Positions 56,252 through 64,000 of a stretch of DNA of 64,000 nt are shown here, piece after piece. The position numbers and the translations under genes were made by a program. Position 1 is the stretch's first letter. Every line of letters begins with the position of its first letter. This DNA comes from an uncultured Verrucomicrobiae bacterium (GTDB lineage Bacteria; Verrucomicrobiota; Verrucomicrobiia; Limisphaerales; Palsa-1400), in contig CAVXRD010000002.1 of the NCBI GenBank assembly GCA_963764165.1, positions 3,488,001-3,552,000 on the forward strand, read 5' to 3'. Under the pieces are notes generated by a model that searched no databases, was not told the DNA's origin, and saw only the letters and a list, made by a program, of their open reading frames with translations.

Positions 56252-57814
56252 TTACGAGGGCCTGGGGGTGAAGACCGGCGCTCGCGTCTCGATCGTTGAG
56301 GGCGGTTTCAGCAGATACGTCAACGCTTTGACCGCCAGTTCCATCATCACGAACGGTTTGGCGATCAAGTCATTGCCGCCGGAGAGCGAGGATTGGGCGC
56401 GGACTTCAAACTTTGTCAGGCTGGTGACGAATATCACAGGAGTATTCTTGTTGGTCGCCATCTTTCGCAATTCGGCGCAAAGCTCGAATCCGTTGACGCC
56501 AGGCATTTCGGCATCGAGAAAGACCAGGTCAAATGGGTTCTCTTTGAGGATCGTCAATGCTATTTTGGAATCCTCAATGGCAATGCAGCGAAGGTCGGCC
56601 TTGCTGAGCGCGATGGAAACGGTGCGGCGGGAAATCGGCTCATCATCCACCACCAGGATCAGGCGCGAGGAGGGAATCTCCTGGGGAATCTGGCTTAAAT
56701 CGCGGAACAGCACATTCATGCAATCCATGGCGTGGGCGATGGTGCGCAGCACGGAAGCCGTCATTTGGGCCGGCTTTTTGCGAAGGTCCTTGATCAGCGC
56801 GTCGAGCGCGCCGGACAGGTGCGAAACCCGCGTGAAACCCGTGATTCCCGACATGCTGGCCAGCGAGGACACCGTGCCTTCCAAATCCTGCAGCAATCGA
56901 ATCTGGTCCTGCGTGCTCTTGCTGCGAATCAATGCGCCTGTCCGCTCGCGCAATTCCGCATGGATCTGCGGGACGCGCTTGAGAAAATCCTGGCGAATTT
57001 CCATCCGAAAATCGGGTCCGGAGACGGACGGCTCAGCGGACGGAGTCGGTTGCACCATTGGCGCAGGAGGTGGCGGCGGCTCACTTTCAGGCGCAGGCGT
57101 AAAGGACGGGGGAACTGGTTTTCCAAAGAAAGTCGGCCCCGAGCGAGGCAACCCGGACGCGGGAGCCGTTCCTTCCTTCTGCGCCGCAAAGATCGGGCGC
57201 GTCGGCGTTCCGCCCGTGGCGCGCGATGGCGGCAGATTCAGATCAACCTTTAACTTCGGCTCAGGTGTAGCCTGGTCCTCCGGCCAAGGCGGCGGCTGCT
57301 CATTGGGCGGCGGCTTGATGATCGGGATGGACGTTTTCGAGGGCGGCAGGTCAAGTTTCACTCGCAGGCGGATCGAAGTATCTGAGCCTGCCGACTCTTC
57401 TGTGGGGAGTGGAATTCTGCCAACGCCCCCGATATTATCCGAGTTTTCGCCGCCAAGGAGCTGCTCGACCAATTCCAACGCAAGATTCGGCGTGCAATCC
57501 ATCTTGGAAACGCACTTTGAGGCGCCTGCCTTCCATGCCTCTTTCGCCAAATCCGGCCGATAAAAGCTGGACAATACGAGAATGGGGATCTTGCTGAACT
57601 CCGGCCATGAACGAATTTGCCGGATAACTTCGACGCCACCCATGCCCGGCATCATGATGTCGACTTGGATGACGTCGGGGCGGAATTCCGGCATCAATTT
57701 CAGGGCGGCGGCCCCCTCCTCCGCCGTTTCGACCTTGTAACCGGACATCTCGAACTTGCGGCGGTAGATGGATCGAACGATTAGTTCGTCCTCAATGATC
57801 AAAATTTTTCTCAT
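56252..57814 (-). CDS. Dual-receiver response regulator (REC, Pro-rich linker, Hpt-like helical domain, REC)
   Basis: ILIIEDE...VDIMMPG and ILVVDDE...FLDAEMPG...IAKP. No DNA-binding domain. Confidence 0.88.
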   Translation of the reverse strand: MRKILIIEDELIVRSIYRRKFEMSGYKVETAEEGAAALKLMPEFRPDVIQVDIMMPGMGGVEVIRQIRSWPEFSKIPILVLSSFYRPDLAKEAWKAGASKCVSKMDCTPNLALELVEQLLGGENSDNIGGVGRIPLPTEESAGSDTSIRLRVKLDLPPSKTSIPIIKPPPNEQPPPWPEDQATPEPKLKVDLNLPPSRATGGTPTRPIFAAQKEGTAPASGLPRSGPTFFGKPVPPSFTPAPESEPPPPPAPMVQPTPSAEPSVSGPDFRMEIRQDFLKRVPQIHAELRERTGALIRSKSTQDQIRLLQDLEGTVSSLASMSGITGFTRVSHLSGALDALIKDLRKKPAQMTASVLRTIAHAMDCMNVLFRDLSQIPQEIPSSRLILVVDDEPISRRTVSIALSKADLRCIAIEDSKIALTILKENPFDLVFLDAEMPGVNGFELCAELRKMATNKNTPVIFVTSLTKFEVRAQSSLSGGNDLIAKPFVMMELAVKALTYLLKPPSTIETRAPVFTPRPS

Positions 57815-57827
57815 TCTTAAGAAACCG

Positions 57828-58204
57828 CTACACCGCGTGCTCGCGGACGTAAGAATCCATGTATTGCCGGACGGCTTCCAACTGAATCTCGACCTCGGCG
57901 AATGCTTCCGGCGCGCCGATGAGGTTTCCAGCCTTGGCGTTGCGCTCCATGAGGCGAAGTGGCGGCACCAATGCGGACATGCCACACGTAAGACTGGAGC
58001 CGGCGAGTTTATGGGAAAGATGGTCGACTTCCGCCACGTCACTTTCCGTTATCGCTTTTCCCAATCCAGCCATGATTTCGTCGGCCTGCCTGAAGTAAAG
58101 CTTCATCAGCTCCTGCAGTAACCCGATGTCGCCATCGGAGGCGGATTGAAGTTGTTCAAGGTCCACCAACGGGCCGGCCCCTTCGCTGTTTGGTTGTGAA
58201 TTGT

Positions 58205-58208
<4 letters not shown>
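57828..58208 (-). CDS. Stand-alone Hpt protein
   Basis: HLSHKLAGSSLTCG. GTG start overlaps the kinase stop codon. Confidence 0.88.
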
Positions 58209-61297
<3,089 letters not shown>

Positions 61298-61777
61298 GAT
61301 TTACTTGACCGTTTATAGCAGGTCATGTTCCGTATGCAATTCATTAATCGTGTATTGGCTATGCAGCATACGCCAGCAATTCATCGGCAGAAACGCCCGA
61401 AGGGTAAAGCAAAACCATCCCGGCACGGGACCCGATTTTTCGTAAATCTCGCGATAATTGCCTGAAATCAGAAACGGAGGATTCAGAAAACAGATGCGAG
61501 GACCTGACGGATCCGGCAGCTTTTGCCCCTGTGCAACAGGCCGTCCGAAAATCGAAAAACCGTTCGCATCCATCCTCCGGCGGCCAGGGCAGACGCATCT
61601 TGCTTGTTGGAATCTATTGAGAACGCCCCCCAACGAAGTTCGCGCATTGAACGATTAAGGCGAGGCTCCGGCCCGCGCCATGCCTTGTGCTTTCCTAAGA
61701 GCTCATGAGGAGGCATTATCTGCTGCGGCTGCTCTAACGGCTTGACTCCGCACGGCTTCTTCGGGGCAGAATGACGC

Positions 61778-63295
61778 ATGAAACGTCACTGCACTTTTGC
61801 CGCCGCGTTGTGGGTTGCGGCGGCTTTTGTTTCGCTTCAACCTCTTTCGCTTCGCGCGGATTCAGGGCTTCGATTGCCCAAAATATTTTCCGATAATATG
61901 GTTCTCCAGCAGGGCCAATCTGTCCCTATCTGGGGTTGGGGCGAGGAGGGTTCAACCGTCACCGTTCAAATTCAAGGGCAGACGGCTTCCACTGTCGTGA
62001 AAGACGGGAAATGGATGGTGCGTTTGCACGATCTTAAGCCTGGCGGCCCGGACAAGCTGGTTGTCTCGGGACGCGGGCGCGTGGAGTTCAAGAATGTCCT
62101 GGTCGGCGAGGTTTGGCTGGCTGGCGGGCAATCCAATATGGAATTTCCCCTCAAGCGCTCGTTCGAGGCGTCCAATGACGTGGCTGCGGCGGCCAATTCG
62201 ATGATCCGCCTGATCAAGGTGCCGCACACGCGGCTTGACGCGCCCACCAATGACATCAATGCCAGTTGGAGTGTGGCCAGTCCCGAGACGGCAGGGGGCA
62301 TCTCGGCGGTGGGATATTATTGCGCGCGCGAACTGCAGGCCAAGCTGCACGTGCCGGTCGGGTTGATTGAATCCGATTGGGGTGGCACGCCCGCCGAAGC
62401 CTGGATGGACGAAACCTTTCTCCGCTCCAAGCCGGATTATAGCATCGGCTTGATCATGGCGTGGCCGCTGAGTGAACAGAGATACGAATCAAGCCTCGCG
62501 AAATTCGAAAAGGAGAAGCAGGCCGCAAAGGACAGCAACACGGAATTCAAAAAGCGCGCCCCCAGCAAACCGTGGAAACCGGCCGAACTTTACAACGGCA
62601 TGATCGCGCCGCTGGCCCCTTACGCGATTCGCGGCGCGCTGTGGTACCAGGGCGAAGCCAACGCCGGGAGCCTTGATCAAGCCGCCGAGTATCACAAGCT
62701 GTTCCCTGACTTGATTCGCGACTGGCGGCAGCGCTGGGACGAAGGTGAATTTCCGTTTCTTCTCGTGCAACTGGCTCCCTTCATGAGCATCAGCCATGAA
62801 CCGCAAGCCAGCGCATGGGCCTCCGTGCGCGAGGCGCAACTGCAGGCAACCGAAAAACTTCACAACGTCGGCATGGCGGTCATCACCGATGTTGGCGAGG
62901 AGCAGGACATTCATCCGACAAAGAAGCAGCCCGTCGGCCATCGCCTAGCGCTGGCGGCGGAGGCAATTGCCTATCACGAACCTGTTGAATATTCCGGCCC
63001 TGTTTTCAAAAGCGTGAAATTCAAGGGATTCGAGGCCATTTTGTCGTTCGATCATGTGGGCGGAGGCCTGGTGGCCAAAGGCGGAGAATTAACCGGCTTT
63101 TCCATCGCCGGCCCCGATCACAAATTCGTCTGGGCCATCGCGGAAATTCACGGTGACAAAGTGGTGGTGCACAGCCGGCTCATCAGCGACCCCGTGGCAG
63201 TCCGTTACGGCTGGGCGAATTATCCCGTCGTCAACTTGTGGAACAAGGCGGGGCTTCCGGCCTCGCCATTCCGCACGGATGATTTTGAGAAATAG
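61778..63295 (+). CDS. SASA-type (sialate/xylan O-acetyl) esterase
   Basis: FSDNMVLQQG, GEVWLAGGQSNM, WGGTPAEAW, WYQGEAN, DIHP and a signal peptide. Confidence 0.9.
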   Translation: MKRHCTFAAALWVAAAFVSLQPLSLRADSGLRLPKIFSDNMVLQQGQSVPIWGWGEEGSTVTVQIQGQTASTVVKDGKWMVRLHDLKPGGPDKLVVSGRGRVEFKNVLVGEVWLAGGQSNMEFPLKRSFEASNDVAAAANSMIRLIKVPHTRLDAPTNDINASWSVASPETAGGISAVGYYCARELQAKLHVPVGLIESDWGGTPAEAWMDETFLRSKPDYSIGLIMAWPLSEQRYESSLAKFEKEKQAAKDSNTEFKKRAPSKPWKPAELYNGMIAPLAPYAIRGALWYQGEANAGSLDQAAEYHKLFPDLIRDWRQRWDEGEFPFLLVQLAPFMSISHEPQASAWASVREAQLQATEKLHNVGMAVITDVGEEQDIHPTKKQPVGHRLALAAEAIAYHEPVEYSGPVFKSVKFKGFEAILSFDHVGGGLVAKGGELTGFSIAGPDHKFVWAIAEIHGDKVVVHSRLISDPVAVRYGWANYPVVNLWNKAGLPASPFRTDDFEK

Positions 63296-63436
63296 CCGCC
63301 AAGAAGGTGAAGGGATTTCACCCCTTCGCCACAAATCGACCGCGATCGCTCTACGGAATCGGCAGGATCGCTTCGGCACGGCGACCGGGAGAGGCGGGTT
63401 AAACTCGCCGGCAGGCTGAATTTATCACAAGCTGCC

Positions 63437-63460
63437 GGACACCCTGCGAGGCGTCCCTGC
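63437..63460. repeat. Degenerate single REP (family 2)
   Basis: GGACACCCTGCGAGGCGTCCCTGC resembles 36928-36952. Confidence 0.6.
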
Positions 63461-63468
63461 CTTCCCAA

Positions 63469-63840
63469 TCAACGCCAGCGGCCGGGCACCCAATGGCGGT
63501 GGCGATCCCAATATCCGCCTACCCAAACCGCGCCATGCCAGGGTCGATGATCCCAGCGGCCCGGGAACCATACCCATGCCCCACCGCGCCAACCCCAATA
63601 TCCACCCACCCAATAGAACTCAGGCCCTGGCGATGCTACGACCACCTCGGTTTGAGTCGCAGGCATGGGAGGAGCCGAAGGTGGGACCACCGTTTCAGCG
63701 GGGGGCGGGGGAGGAGTTGTCACCGGGGCGCTCGCGGGTGGCGGAGGAGGCACGTAGGCCGGCTGCGGCGAGGCGCATCCGACGATTGTCATGCCTGCCG
63801 CTACGGCAAGCACCGGTAGTATCAAAATTTGTTTCTTCAT
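63469..63840 (-). CDS. YXWGXW-repeat lipoprotein
   Basis: Lipobox IVGC, Pro-rich linker, YWVGGYW / VWFPGRW / VWVGGYW / HWVPGRW repeats. Confidence 0.85.
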   Translation of the reverse strand: MKKQILILPVLAVAAGMTIVGCASPQPAYVPPPPPASAPVTTPPPPPAETVVPPSAPPMPATQTEVVVASPGPEFYWVGGYWGWRGGAWVWFPGRWDHRPWHGAVWVGGYWDRHRHWVPGRWR

Positions 63841-64000
63841 GTCCGTTTTCCTTTCCAATCTTTAATACGGGACGAATTGCCACACCTTGCATATTCAAAA
63901 CTTTAGGGGAAGAATGGGACTTATGGGACCTATAGGGCCTATCAATTCCGAAGAAAAATCTGGCGGGTCTCTTCAGTCGCGTTGGTGAGGTCTAGAAGAA

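Noticed and set aside
61300..61777. Long intergenic region checked for a c-di-GMP or other riboswitch
   Set aside because: No recognisable conserved riboswitch core by eye. An Infernal/Rfam search would be needed.
63960..64000. TGGCGGG... resembling the reverse complement of a tRNA 3' end (CCGCCA)
   Set aside because: No T-arm (GTTCGA) at the expected distance, and the sequence is truncated by the window, so no RNA can be called.

Overview
A GC-rich bacterial window whose gene content suggests Verrucomicrobiota (subdivision 3, Pedosphaera-like). This is inferred from a Gloeo/Verruco-repeat protein, a prepilin/H-X9-DG protein and secreted proteins ending in an F[FY][RK][LI] motif. The core is a ~24 kb glucuronoxylan/xylose utilisation locus (18.2-42.2 kb) containing xylA, a GPH symporter, GH3, a LuxR/NarL response regulator, a PA14-containing sensor kinase, a prepilin-like protein with a secreted partner, a SASA-type acetylesterase, GH115 and a GH8-CE15 fusion. 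The locus has no SusC/D. It is interrupted by a toxin-antitoxin module bracketed by 105-bp direct repeats and by a complete IS630. Other content: an ArsR-SRPBCC pair with a perfect 26-bp palindrome, two large secreted repeat proteins, a metallophosphoesterase-GT-GH1 operon (possible lipid remodelling), an IS4 inserted in a REP hairpin, asd, a NifS-type desulfurase, msrB, a giant 'dumbbell' protein with a ~790-residue charged helical spacer converging on ExbBD/TonB-like genes, and a hybrid kinase-Hpt-dual receiver phosphorelay. No rRNA, tRNA or CRISPR array was seen. All calls come from motif recognition by eye and no database searches were run.
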